Shown here: positions 45,170 to 57,110 of the stretch, in pieces
Layout: each line of letters begins with the position of its first letter
Numbering within the stretch: position 1 is the first letter of the stretch
Origin: Cyanophora paradoxa CCMP329
Lineage: Eukaryota > Plantae > Glaucophyta
NCBI GenBank assembly: GCA_004431415.1
Contig: QPMI01000483.1
Span: forward strand, 186,001 to 250,000
Direction of reading: 5' to 3'
DNA length: 64,000 bases
Notes under the pieces: model-generated
Database searches by the model: none
What the model saw: only the letters and a program-made list of their open reading frames with translations
What the model was told of the DNA's origin: nothing
Made by a program: the position numbers and the translations under genes

Positions 45170-48100
45170 CTAGGAGGAGCCCTGGACGTGGGCGACGGCG
45201 GGGCGGCCGCCGCGCCCGATTTTCGTCTGCCCGTCCATGTACTTCGCGCGGTGGCTCTTGCCCGCCTTCTCGGGCTTGCCCTCCGCGGCCGGCACGGCCG
45301 GCGCCTCATTCTCGGAGGCTGCGGCCGGGGCCGGCGCAGCGGCGCCCCTCTCGAGGCCCTCCTTCGCGCTCCCGCTGGAGGACTGGGCAGGGGCGTCGGG
45401 CGGGGCGGCGGGAGGGGGGCCGGGGGCGTGGCGGGGGCGCACGGAGGAGGAGAGGGCTGGCGCGATGCGGGCGTTGAGGGGCAGCTCGTGGAGGGGCTCC
45501 CGGGGCGGGGGCGAGGCCGCCACGGGGGAGCCGTCCAGCGCCGGCACCCGGTCCGGGCTCGGCACCGTCCCGTTGCTCCGGAAGCGCTCCAGGATCTGCC
45601 CGGCGGTGAGGGGCGCCCGGCCGGGGCACGGGCTCGGCCGGGGCGGGGGCGCACGAAGTCGTGGGGCTTGGTGCGGGCGAGGGCCGTTGGGAACTCGAAC
45701 TCGCGCTTCGTCGGGGTCTCCCCCGTGGGCGGCTCCTCCCGCGCCGCCTCCGCCGCGTAGTCCCGCGCCGCCGCCTGGCCGGCCGCCGCCTGCTCGTGGT
45801 GCCGCCGCCACGCCGCCGCCTGCTCCCGCGCCCCTCCTCGAAGCGCCGCGCCACGTCGGCCCCGGCCTCCTCCGCCGCCCCGCTCAGCTCCTCCACCGCC
45901 CCGCGCGCCTCCGCCTTGCGGGCCGCGCAGTCCGACGAGAGGGCCCGCGAGGCCTCCGCGGCGCCCGCCACGTGCTCCCCCGCCCGCGCCGCCGCTGCGG
46001 GGCCCGCTCGTTTGCGGAGGTTCGCTGCGCGAGGGGCAGAGGGGGCGCACCGCGCTCGCAGATGCCGGCGGCGGCCTGTGCGCGGGACTCGGACTCGTGC
46101 CGCAGCGCCGCGACCGCCTCGCCGAGCCGCACGGGGAGCGCCTCGAGGCCCGCCCCCAGCGCCGCGCTCGCCTCCGCCGCCCGCCGCGCGTGCGCCGCCC
46201 GCCTCTCCTCCGCCCCACGCGCCGCCTCCGCCGCCGCCGCCGCCGCCGTCGCGATGGCGCCGCGGGCCGACTCGGCCTCCCGGTGCACGCCGCCCGCCAT
46301 CCCGCTCACGTCTGCTCGGCGCGGGGTCAGCGGGGGCCCGGGGCCGGGGCTGGCGGGGCGCGGGCGCGCCGGCGAGCATGGAGTCGTAGGAGGCGCAGGC
46401 GCCGGAGGCGACGCCGTCCAGGGCCGCGCACTCCTGCTCCCGGTACTCCCGCAGCAGGCCCTCGATCGCCCCTAGCAGCGCCCGCTGCCGCCCGCGCTCG
46501 CCTCCCGCGCCGCCGCCGCCGCCGCCTCGGTGGCCCGCCGGTGCTCCGCGGCGCGGTCGGCGTGCTCGGCGGCGAACGACGCGACGGCGCCGGCGATGCC
46601 GCTGACGAGGCGCGCCGCCTCGTCGGCGAAGCGGCGATCCCGCTCCGCCCGCTCCTCGATGTCGCCCCGGACCGCCTCTGCGTACCCGGCCGCCTCGCCC
46701 GCCGCCGCCGCCACCTGCTCCCGCGCCGCACACAGCGCCGCGCCGGCCTCCCGAAGGAGCGCCTCGGCCGAGGCGCCGACGGCGGCGGCGTGCGCGCGGG
46801 CCGCCGCGGCGCCCTCGCCGAGCTCCTCGGCGGCGGCGCGCCCGAAGGCGCCCGAGGCGGTCGCCATCGCCTCGCAGCGGCCGGCGACGCCCGAGGCGAG
46901 GGCGTCGAGCTGCGCCGCCACGCCGGCGAGGGCCCGCACGCTGCGCTCGCAGAAGGCGGCGGCGGCGGCGCGGGCGCCGGCGGCCCAGCGGGCGTCGGCG
47001 CCCTCGTGGTCGCGGAAGGCGCGCTGGAGGGCGTCGAGGCGGGCCTCGGCGGCGCGGGCGAACTCGAGGGCGCGCTCGCGCGTCGCCGCCTCCGCCTCCT
47101 GCTTCCGCTCGATCTTGCGGTGCAGCGAGTCCACGTCGCTCGTCGCCGCCACCGCCACCCCCACCAGCCGCCGCCCCTGCCGGCTCAGCTCCTCCTCCGC
47201 CGCCGCCCGCGCGCTGATGATCGCCTCGCGCTCCTCGATGGCGACCTTGGCGCGGGCGAGCTCCTCGCGCACGTCCCGCAGCTCGGCGCTCGTCCGCTCG
47301 AGCAGCTCCTTCGTGCTGCGCAGCGCCTCCTTCGTCTCGTCCAGCTCCGCCGTCGTGCTGTCCAGCAGCTCGTTCGCCCGCGTCAGCTCCGCCATCTGCC
47401 CGCCCCCGCCCCCGTCAGGCATCCGCCCGCCCCGCCCCGCCCCGCCCCGCCCCGGAGCACCTTGGCCTCGAGCTGGGCCTGGACGTACTCCAGGGCCTCC
47501 GCCTGCTCCCGCAGCTGCGTCTCCATCTTCTCGTACTGCCCCGCGGGGAGGTACACGCCGTTCTTGTCCCGCGCCGCCTTCAGCTGCTCCTTCAGCGTCT
47601 CGATCTCCGCGTTGTACTCCTTCATGAGCACACGCCGCGTCATCTTCATGTTCACCTCCGGCCGGTTCCGGATGTTCTTCGCCCGGTGCGCGTAGTCGAG
47701 CGTGCTCAGGCTCTCCTCCATGCACGAGGCGCTCGGCGAGACGGTCGCGATGATGCACGTCTTCGTGCGCCCGCCGAGCGAGTCTTGGAGCAGGCGCGTG
47801 AGCTTGCTGTCGCGGTACGGCACGTGCGGCTGGTGCTCGACGAGCGCCGTGATCACGCGCCCCAGCGTCAGCAGGCTCTGGTTGATCATCCCCGCCTCCT
47901 TCGCCCGCTGGCTCTGCGCCCCCGACCGCCCCACGCTCTCCGAGCCGGCCAGGTCCACCAGGTTCAGCTTCCCGATCTGGCCGCCGCGCGTTGGTCGGAT
48001 CGCGCGGGAGCGGGGGCGGGGGGGGCGGCACCTTGAGGATGTCCTCGCCCTCTGGCGTGCACTCCTTCATGTGGATGGTGATCGTGAAGATCGAGTGCGA

Positions 48101-49009
48101 CCGGCTGCCGCGGTGCGTCGGCCAGGCGCCGGGCCCGGGGATCCCGGCGGCCGCACCTCGAGTACTTGTTGAGGAGGGTCTCCGCGGTGCGCCGCTTGAT
48201 CGTCGTCTTCTCGAGGATGTCGAAGATCTCGCTCGCGCTCGTCACGATGATCTCCTCCAGGTTCATCACGGTCGTCCCCTTGCGCGGGTCCTCGAGGATG
48301 CGCAGCGCGCGCTTCTCCGCCGACTCCCCGTCCAGCAGATCCTGCAGCTCCTCGTTGTAGAGCTCCAGGAAGGACACCCGCACCGAGTTCTCCACCTGCG
48401 GCCCCGAGCTAAGCGCGTCTTTCGCGAACGAGGGCGCGGCGAGCTCGCCTGGTTCTTCTCCAAGCTGTCGAATATGTGCTGCACCGCGCGGGGGATCACA
48501 CCCGCGCCCTCGTTGTTCCGGCCGTCGCGCTTCCCGTTGCTCACTTTGCCCTCCATCGTGTGAGTTTTGCCTGCAATGTACGTTAGCTAGCGCGCGCGGC
48601 TGCGAGCCCCCAGCGACAGAGCGCGCCCGTTCCGGTCTGGCCGTAGGCGAAGATTGTGCAGTTGAAGCCTTTGAGCACTTCCTCGACGATCGGGGAGATG
48701 GCCTGAGCGTAGAGATGCGCCTGTGTGCAGTCGTGGCCGAACACCTGGTCGTAGGTGAAGCGCTTGGCCGAGTACTTCCCGAGGACCGACGGGATGTTGA
48801 CGTTGACCTCGCGCCGCGCCTCATCGCACTTAACAGCAGGAAACTTCTCAACAGCTAGCTCATCTGCGGTGAGGGGGCTGCGCGGCACGGCTCGCCACGG
48901 CCCGCGGGGTGCGCGGCGGATGCGGGCGCGGGGCGGCCGCGCACCGGCAGCGCACGATGACCTGCACGTTCACCTCGTCTCCCTCGCTGCGATCCTTGCC
49001 CGGCGGCAT
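45170..49009 (-). CDS. Kinesin-5 (BimC/Eg5) mitotic motor
   Basis: [94 protein letters not shown], tail BimC box PTGETPTKR. Confidence 0.95.
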
Positions 49010-49326
49010 CCTGGGCTGCGTGCCAGCTGGTTCTCTCGCTCAACGGTACTCAGCCCCCCCCTCTTCCAAAGCCCGTACCCCCAGAAGCTGAATCCGGTCG
49101 AGCCAGCCGAGCGAGCAGGAAGGCCGCACGAGCCACGAGCAGGAAGCCTAGATCTAGGTGGTGAACCCTGCTGAGAGCCGCACCTCTCGGGCGCACAGCG
49201 GAGGAGTTTACGGCAGCTGCAGCGGCCGCGCACCCGGAAGGCTCGCAGGTGCTGGGGCAGGTCCCAAACCTTTAGCTATCTCAGCCGCAGGACTGGAGGG
49301 TCGGTCCTAGCGCAGCCGCCACAGCG

Positions 49327-50924
49327 ATGAACAAGCTGTCGAATGTGGAGGCACAGCGCATCATGATGGTGCTGGAGGAGGCCATCGTGAAGCTGCAGGT
49401 ACGATGAGCACCAACTAGCGCCGCCGCACGCGCTGAGCGGGGCGTGTCAGATGCTCTCCGTCGTCACCCCCGAGCTGCTCTCGCGGGTCGACGAGCTGCA
49501 GGACGTGATTGAGGAGGACATGACCGAGACGCTGCGGGAACACAGGGCACTGCAAGGGAAATACGAAGCTATATACACATCAACACAGCGCAACTTCGAC
49601 GACCCCAGCGCGCCCCAACCACAGGATTCGGAGGAGGCCACGGAGCTAGCGGACTCGACGCGGCTCATCAGCAGGCTGCTTAGGGTGCGGAGCCGCTCTG
49701 TCGCGTCGGGCCCTTGGCGCCCCGCCGAGCCGCCGCGCCGCAGAACCAGCCGGCGACGCTGGAGAAGCTGAAGCTGATGAGCGGGGAGCGATCGATGGAC
49801 CTCGTCAGCTTCATCAACACGCTGACGGAGTTGAAGTCGGTCACGTATGCGAAGCTGCTGACGTCGGCGGAGGAGGAGAAGCAGAAGCAGGACATGCTCG
49901 CGGACATGATCGCCCGCGAGAAGAAGGTGCGCCCCGCCGCCCGCGCGCGGGCGTTCCTTTTCCTGACGGCGGGCGGGCGCGCAGGCGACGGCGGAGATGA
50001 AGCAGCTGCAGAAGGAGCTCGCGTACGAGAAGCGGGAAAGGGAGCGGGCCGTGCGGGCGCGCGACGAGCAGATCAACAAGCTCAACGGTGCGCGCGGCGG
50101 CCGGCGCCGAGCCCGCGCCCCCGCCCCCGCCGCCGCTCACCTCCGCCGCGCGCAGACGAGCGGCGGGACATCGAGCTGACGAAGGAGCGGGAGACGCGGA
50201 AGCTCGAGTCGGAGACGAAGGCGCGGAACGACGCGGCGCTGAACGCCTTCCGGGACAAGCAGAAGGCGATGTCGGAGGAGATCGCGGCGATGACCGCCAA
50301 GCTGCACGCCGACCTCGCCGAGCACCGGGACAACGAGGACGGCCTGCGGAAGCGCAAGTTCAAGGCGGAGCAGGAGGTCGTGGAGTGGATCTCGAAGTTC
50401 GACTCGGACATGACGGACCTTCAGAACAAGATCGACAGCCTGACGGAGCAGTACGAGCACGAGAAGAAGGAGCTGGCGTTCTACGAGGAGTACCACGAGA
50501 AGAAGCTCGCCGAGGAGGCCGCCCGTGAGGCCATCCGCAGGAAGCTCGAGGAGGAGGAGCGGGTGCGCCCGCCCCGGGGGCCGCCCCCGCCCCCCGCCCC
50601 CCGCCCCTGGCCCCGGGCCTGACGCGGGGCCGGCGCAGCTGAAGATGCGGGTCTTCGAGTTCCTGAACCTCTCCTCGTCGAGGATACAGGCCGCCTGGAA
50701 GGCCCACAAGCAGCACCGGCTCTACAAGGAGCGCAAGGCCGCCGGCGTGCGCCCCGCCCCCGCCCCCGCCCCCGCCCCGCCCCGCCCCGCCCCGCCCCGC
50801 CCCGCCCCGCCCCCCCGCCCCCCGGCTCCGCGCCCCACGCTCACGCACGTGCACGCAGGGCGGCGGCAAGAAAGGAAAGGGCAAGGGGAAGTCGAAAGGC
50901 AAGGGCAAGGGGAAGAAGAAGTGA
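49327..50924 (+). CDS. DRC10: Dynein regulatory complex subunit 10 (IQCD-like)
   Basis: KLSNVEAQRIMMVLEEAI N-terminus; coiled coil; LRKRKFKAEQEVVEWISKFDSDM; IQ motif IQAAWKAHK; Lys/Gly-rich tail. Confidence 0.85.
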
Positions 50925-51071
50925 AGCTTTGTACACATTTACCAGAGCCTCGCACATTCACTGGAGCCTCGCCCGCCGCAACGCGGGCGCCCGGGGGGGC
51001 GGGGACTCGTGGCGGCCCGTGGCCGCGTGCAGGCTGTGCTCCCCGTCGACCGGGCTCGTCGGCGAGCCGAG

Positions 51072-52224
51072 TCAGTGCTCGGCGTTGCGGAACTGCGCGC
51101 CGCGGGCTCGAGTTCAGGCGCGGGGATGTGGGGCAGGCCCCGGCCGAAGCGGCGCGCGGCGCACCTGCCCCTCGGCGAAGGTCCAGTTGCACAGGTTGTC
51201 GAGGAAAGCCTGGACGAAGTCGCCCCGCCGGTTCTGGTCTGCGGTCGATGTCCAGTGCACGTGAGAGCTGGCGATCGCGAGCTGGGCCATATATGCATGG
51301 CCAAGAGCGAGCCAGATCTAGAGACGCACAGTCGAGGTAGTAGGCGTGCTGCGAGGGGGCAAAAAGTATGCCTCAGGCTTTTGATCAATCGAGGCCTGGG
51401 CGGAGTTCAAGAAAGGGATTTTCGCGCCTCCCAGACGTCGACGGTGAGGAGAGGCACGGCCCCCGGCGTGGTGAGGGGGGTCTCAGCGTTGGCGGTCTTG
51501 GCGATGGCGAGGGAGGCGTCCGAGTTGCGGACGAGCCAGGCCCAGCCGGAGCCGAACTGCGCGATGCCGGCCGACTTGAATTCTTCCTTGAAGCGGTCGA
51601 AAGAGCCCCACGTCGCGACGATCTTCTCCTTCAGCTGCCCGCCGGGCTCGCCCCCGCCGTCTTTTTTCATGCACTTCCTGCGCGAGATTTTGAACGAGAT
51701 TTTGAACGATCGCGAGGCCGTCGGGCCGCGCGGCGGGGCGCCTCGCCGACGCGCGGGCCCGATGAGCAAAAAAACTTCAGCTTAAGCTTCGCCGAGTCGA
51801 AGCGAATCCCGAAGTTCGAGTTCATTAATCTGAGCGCACCAGAAGAACGTGTGGTTCCAGGCCTGGGCGGCGTTGTTGAAGACCTGCGGGTTCTTGCCCG
51901 CCGAAGTGATGATCACGTCCTCGAGCGACTTCTTCTCATCCGGCGTCCCCTTGACCAGGTCGTTCAGCTTGTTCTGCCCGGCCGGGCGCGCGGCCGCGGC
52001 GCGCGTCAGCGAATTTTGCGGCCCGCAAAAATTGGCCCGGCGCGCGCGAAAACTTCCGGATCCGGCGAAATCGGGGCAGTGCGCGCGCTCGGCGCGCGCG
52101 CGCGCGCGCGGCGCACCACGTAAGTGGCGTGATGCTTGTTGTAGTGGAAGTCGACCGTACGTGCGCTCGTGTACGGCTCGAGGTCCGTCGGCGCAAACGG
52201 GAGAGGGTCGAGCTTGAAAGCCAT
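51072..52224 (-). CDS. sodB: Fe-superoxide dismutase without targeting peptide
   Basis: FHYNKHHATYV, FNNAAQAWNHTFFW (Fe-type AAQ), FGSGWAWLV, DVWE|HAYYLDY (19-nt micro-exon 51348-51330). Confidence 0.93.
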
Positions 52225-53211
52225 TGCGATCGCTGCAGTAAGCTTAAGTCGATGTCGACGTCGGTACCGGTGCCAGCCGCAGTGCCAAAATCTAATCAAG
52301 CGAGCCCCGGCTCTCGGTCCAGTAACTAGTATACGTACAGCTCGCAGTTGCGGTTGACGGCGAGCCTATAGATCGGATCCGGAGGGATCAAATTACTACG
52401 AAGTTAAATGCCAGGAGGGGGGATCATGATCCGATGATCATCGGATTGATCATGAATTCAACCCGGTGACCGTTGAACTTCCTAGCCTCGTAGGCTAGCC
52501 TATAGTAGCTGGTGGGGCCTAATGATCGCTTCTCATGATCAGGCCTGAGAGACTCCGAGGCTCGAGCTCCGGGATCATGAGCCTTATGAGCCATCATGGC
52601 ATCATGAGTCCCGGCGCGGGCGGGCCCCTCCAGATCTGTCTCCGATGCTCCCGGTCCGCCGGGGAGTCCGGGACTCGGATGCTATGATGCGGCGGCCGGG
52701 CGCCAGGCCGGCCTTCAAGAAGCCTTGGAATTGGCGGCCGCCGGGCGGGATGCATATGCACGCAAGCCTTGAAGATCTAGATCTATAGCTAGAGCTTCTG
52801 GCACGGGCCGGGGCAACTTGGCAAGCTAATGTCATTGAAATTGAATAAGCTCAGCAATGTAGCCAATTATTGAATATATATAGGACTGTTACGAATACAG
52901 TACCACAACCCAAATCTGGATTTCGACCAAGAGGTTCATGATCAGGCTGCTCGGTGACTCGACGACCGTAGGACGCCTGCACTTCGGCATGCAGACCGGC
53001 GTCGTCCGGCAATCGGCCCGGCGGTGCAGCGATGGTGACCTGGCTCCGCACGGCTCGTTCCCCCATCCGGGGTCTGGCGGCATGCGATGTAGCGGGCCGC
53101 GGCTGGCGGGGAGAGTCCAGGGTCCCTCTCGGCGGCCGGGGGCGGGGAGGGGCCGGCGCTCCGGCACTGCGGCAGCTGCGGGCTTGACTCGGCGGCGGGG
53201 CGCGCCGGGCG

Positions 53212-56200
53212 TCACGTCCCCGCCGTCCCTGGCCCCAGGTAGAGGTGCCTGCGGGGGATCAGGGGCGGGGGGCGGGGGCGGGGTGCGGGGCGCGGGGGGC
53301 GGGGCGGACGGGAGGCGGAGGACGAGGAGGGAGTTGCGGGGGACGAGGAGCTCGTGGGGCCCCAGGACGGTGATGCCGTAGGGCCCCGCGGAGAGCTCCC
53401 GCCCCGCCTCCGGCATCGCGGCCCCCGCGAGGCCGGCCGCCAGCAACGCCCCCGGCCGCAGGCCCTCCTCGTCGAAAGCCGCGCCCCGCAGCGCCACCCG
53501 CAGCGTCGCCGGCGCCTCCGCCGGCACCGCCACGTACCTGCCGCGACCGTGAGGGGGGCACGGGCGGGCGAGGGTGTGGCGGAGGGGCCGCACAGCCGCA
53601 CGAGCTGGGCGACGGGGCCCGGGGGCGCGAGGGCGGCGGGGGCGGTGCCGAGCGGGGGCGGGGCGCCGGGCGGGGCGCCCTCGGCCACGCAGGCCGGGCA
53701 CCGCGTGAGGCGCGGCAGCGCCTGCGAGGCCGCCTGCGGCGCGTCAGCCGCGGGGAAGGGCCGCGCGGCCGCGGAGCCGGCGCGCACCGCGCGGTCGAGG
53801 GCGGCGATGAAGCGGTGCCCGGCGTCGCACTCGTACTCCAGCCCGTAGTAGGCCCTGCGCGGGGGTACGCGTCACTCGATGCGGGGGTACACGGCACCCG
53901 AGGTCGGCGCACCCGACGAAGGGCTCCGAGGGGGCTGCGGCGAGGGAGGGGGCGGCTGCGGGGCGGCGTGAGGGGAGCGGGCAGGGGCGGGGCGGGGGCG
54001 GGGCCACCGGCGGTGCGGTAGCCGAGGGCGGCGGCGTAGGAGGGCCGGTGGGCGGAGGGGGCGGCCGGCGGGGAGGCGGCGCGGGCGCGGGCGGGCCCCT
54101 GGGCGGCGGCGAGGGCCGGCGTGGGCCACGCGGCGTCCACGGCGGCCTCCGCGGGGGCGCCCGCCGGCTCCTCCTCGGGCAGCGCGTCCGTCTCCGGGTC
54201 CACGAGCCACGGCAGCAGCGCCGAGGCGCCCCGCAGGAAGCCCGGGCCGGCGAGGCCCCGCCCCGCGTCGTACAGGCGGAAGAGGCCGAGGCGGTAGGCG
54301 CGGGAGGCGGGGCCGGCGGGGGGCGCGAGGGCGGCGCGGGGGAGCTCGGGGCAGCAGCCGGGGAGCTCCCAGCGCTCGGCGTCGGCCTCGGGCGGGCCGG
54401 CGGCCTCCGGGAAGAAGTCGTCGAAGGCCGCGGCGGTGCGGCCGCAGGCGCAGGCGCGCCGCACGGCGTGCCCGCTCGCGTGCGCCCGGCTCCCGTCCCC
54501 GGGCTCGTCCTCCTCGCTCCGCCACGCCCCGCGGGCGAGGCGGCGGGGCGCGGCGGCCGCGGCGCCGGCAGGCGGTGCGCGGGGAGGAGGCAGGGGCGCC
54601 CCGAGAGGGAGAGGGCGGCGCAGCGCTGCCGCCCCGCCGACCAGGCCCGCGCGCACTCCTCGCGGAGGCGGGCGAGGGCGGCGGGGCGGCCGGCCCGCGG
54701 CACTGCGCGGCGAGCTGCGCGGCGGCGGCGGCGAGGCGCGCCTCGTGCTCCTCGCGCCCGTACAGGGGCGGCAGGTCCTTCAGGTACGCCTCCTTGGCGC
54801 GCGGCAGCGCCAGCGCCGCCCGCCCGACGAGAAGGCCTGCTCCGGCTCCGACGCGGGGCCCAGGCGCGCCTCGAGGATGCGCGCCGGGCGGGCAGGGCCG
54901 CTGCGGCCCCCGCCGTGCCCCGCCTCCGCCTCCGTCTCCATCAGCAGGCCGAAGAGCGCCGCGCTGCGCCCCCGGCCCGGTGCGCGCTGAGCGCCGGCGC
55001 GGGCCGGCGGAGGGGCGCGGGCTCACCACGCGGGCACCCAGTCGCGCATGGCGAGCATCTCGGGGGGCGGCGGGCAGCCGGGCCGGGGCCTCCCGCGGGG
55101 CCGGCCGCGCCGGCGGCGGCGCGCGAGGCGCCGGTGAGGCGGTGGACCTGACTCAGCACGAAGGCCCGCAAGGCGCTGTACCCCGCCGCCTCGTCCTCCC
55201 CGGGGCCGGCCCGGGGCGCGGGCGCAGGCTCGGCGGCCGGCGGCGGAGGTGAGGGCCCCAGGCGCTCCTCTTCCTCCTCGTACGGGTCGTCCATGTACCC
55301 CCCCGCCCCGCCCGCGTCCCCGGCCGGCCCCGCGGCGGGCGCTGCGAGGCCGTCAAAAGCGCACTGGGCGGGGGCGAAGGGGAGATGGCCGCACTGGCGG
55401 CGAGGATGTCGGCGAGGAGCCAGGAGACGAGGGCCGAGCCGCCCTGCACCCCGTGCGTCGCCGGTGGCGCCCCTGCGCGGAAATGAGCGCCGGGCCGGCG
55501 AGGGGGGGCGGGCGGGCGGGCGGGGCGGACGGGGCGGGCGGGGCGAGGGCGCGGGGCGGGCCGCGGACGACGAAGACAGCGCTAGGCACGTCCACCGTAA
55601 AGAGGCTGCGCCCCCGCGTCGGACGGGGCGCGCGGGGCAGGCGCGGGGCGCTCGCCTGTACTGCGAGGAGGCGCCGATGCCGGCGCCCGGGCGATGCCGG
55701 GCCCCTCGGGGAGCGTCGAGCCGAGCCGCAGCCGCCGCAGCAGCGGCACCACCTGCGCCAGCAGCGCCCGCCGCGTCCGTTCCGCCGCCGCCCGCTCCCG
55801 CTCCGACGCGCCCTCCGCCCCCGGCGCCCCCGCCGGCGCCCCGCCGCCCGCGGGGCGGCCCCCGGTGCCCGCGGAACGGCGGACCGCCGGCGCCGCGGCC
55901 GGAAGGCGCGCTGCCACCGCCGGAGCCGCCGGGCGGCGTCGGGTCGACTCCCGCGGGGAGCGGCTCCGTCTGCGCGTGGGGGTCGCGCGGGGTGCGCGGC
56001 CGGTGGGCGGGCGGGGCGGGGCACCATCTCGAACACGAAGGCGAGGAGGGGCATGCAGGCGCCCGGGGCGACGGAGGAGGAGGCGGCGGGGGAGGCGTGG
56101 GGCCCCGCGCGGGGCGAGGCCGGCCCGTGGGCGGCGAGGGGCGCGGCGAGGGCCTGCTTCAGGGACTGCAGCTGCCGCAGCTGCCGCAGCACGTGCAGCG

Positions 56201-56881
56201 ACAGGTGCCGGCCCCGTTGCACGAACTGCAGCGCGCAAGCGCCGCGTGAGGCGGGGAGGGCGCGGGGCGCGCGGGGCGCGCGGGGCGGGGCAGGGGCGGG
56301 GGGCGGGCGGACGAGGACGATGTGACAGACGTGGAAGAGCGCGAGCATGCAGCGCGCGTGGCCCGCCTCCTGCTTCAGTAGCCACGCGTGCATCTCCTGC
56401 CGCGCCGCGTCGCGCCACGCCCCGCAAGCGCGGGGCGGGGCGGGGCGGGGCGCGTGGGCGGAGCGCACCGAGGGACCCACGCCAGGCGGCGGCGAGGCGT
56501 AGGCGTCGACGAGGGAGGAGCCGTCGCCAAGCCATGCGAGGCACATGTACAGGATGCGGTGCACCGGGTCGAACAGCGGCTGGAGCGACCACTGCACAGC
56601 AAGTCGGACCCCTAAAAGTGCGGCCGGCGCTCGGCGGGCGGACCTTTTCTCCTGGAGCCGAATGCTTGATCTCCTGCGCGAATGTGCTGGCTCAGCGGCC
56701 GCGTTCGGGCGTGCGTGCTTGTTTGGGTCGCGCGCTGTACCGTGAGCGGCTTGAGCGTGAGCCCGCGCAGGAACCCGGCTTTGCTCTCCGTCGCCGATCC
56801 GATCACGCCAATCACCGCCGGTCGCACGTTCGCGAACTGTGCGGCCAGGTGGGCGAGCGCCTGCGCCGCGCTCGGATCCAT
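53212..56881 (-). CDS. SMG8: Nonsense-mediated decay factor SMG8
   Basis: VIGVIG, LALFHVCHIVL, PG.C.PLLAFVF, LFTV, AKEAYLKDLPPLY...EH, EC...W..GRQRC.A.SLSGRPC, HASG....ACACGR, GLEYECDAGHRF, AQL.RL, LVLRLP; some apparent homopolymer frameshifts. Confidence 0.85.
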
Positions 56882-57110
56882 GCTGTGCTAAGCGGCTAGC
56901 CCCGTCGGGTCAGCGTGTCATCCGTGAATTCTCATGTCGCTCTGCGGGCGATCGGGGCCCAGCTGCGAGCCTGCGACCCGCCGGCTGCTCATGCAGTTGA
57001 ACGTGTGTACCCCCCCGACAAAGCCTGCTTTGTTAAGCAGGCTCCTGCCCTCTCTGCATGTACTGCATCGAGCTGCCTGCAATACCCCAGCGCGCTACTC
57101 TCCTGCGCGG

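Noticed and set aside
13204-52224. wrbA, ACD-GNAT, sodB and the histidine kinase as bacterial contamination or an operon-like redox cluster
   Set aside because: All contain host-type spliceosomal introns and are interspersed with core eukaryotic genes; no evidence of co-regulation.
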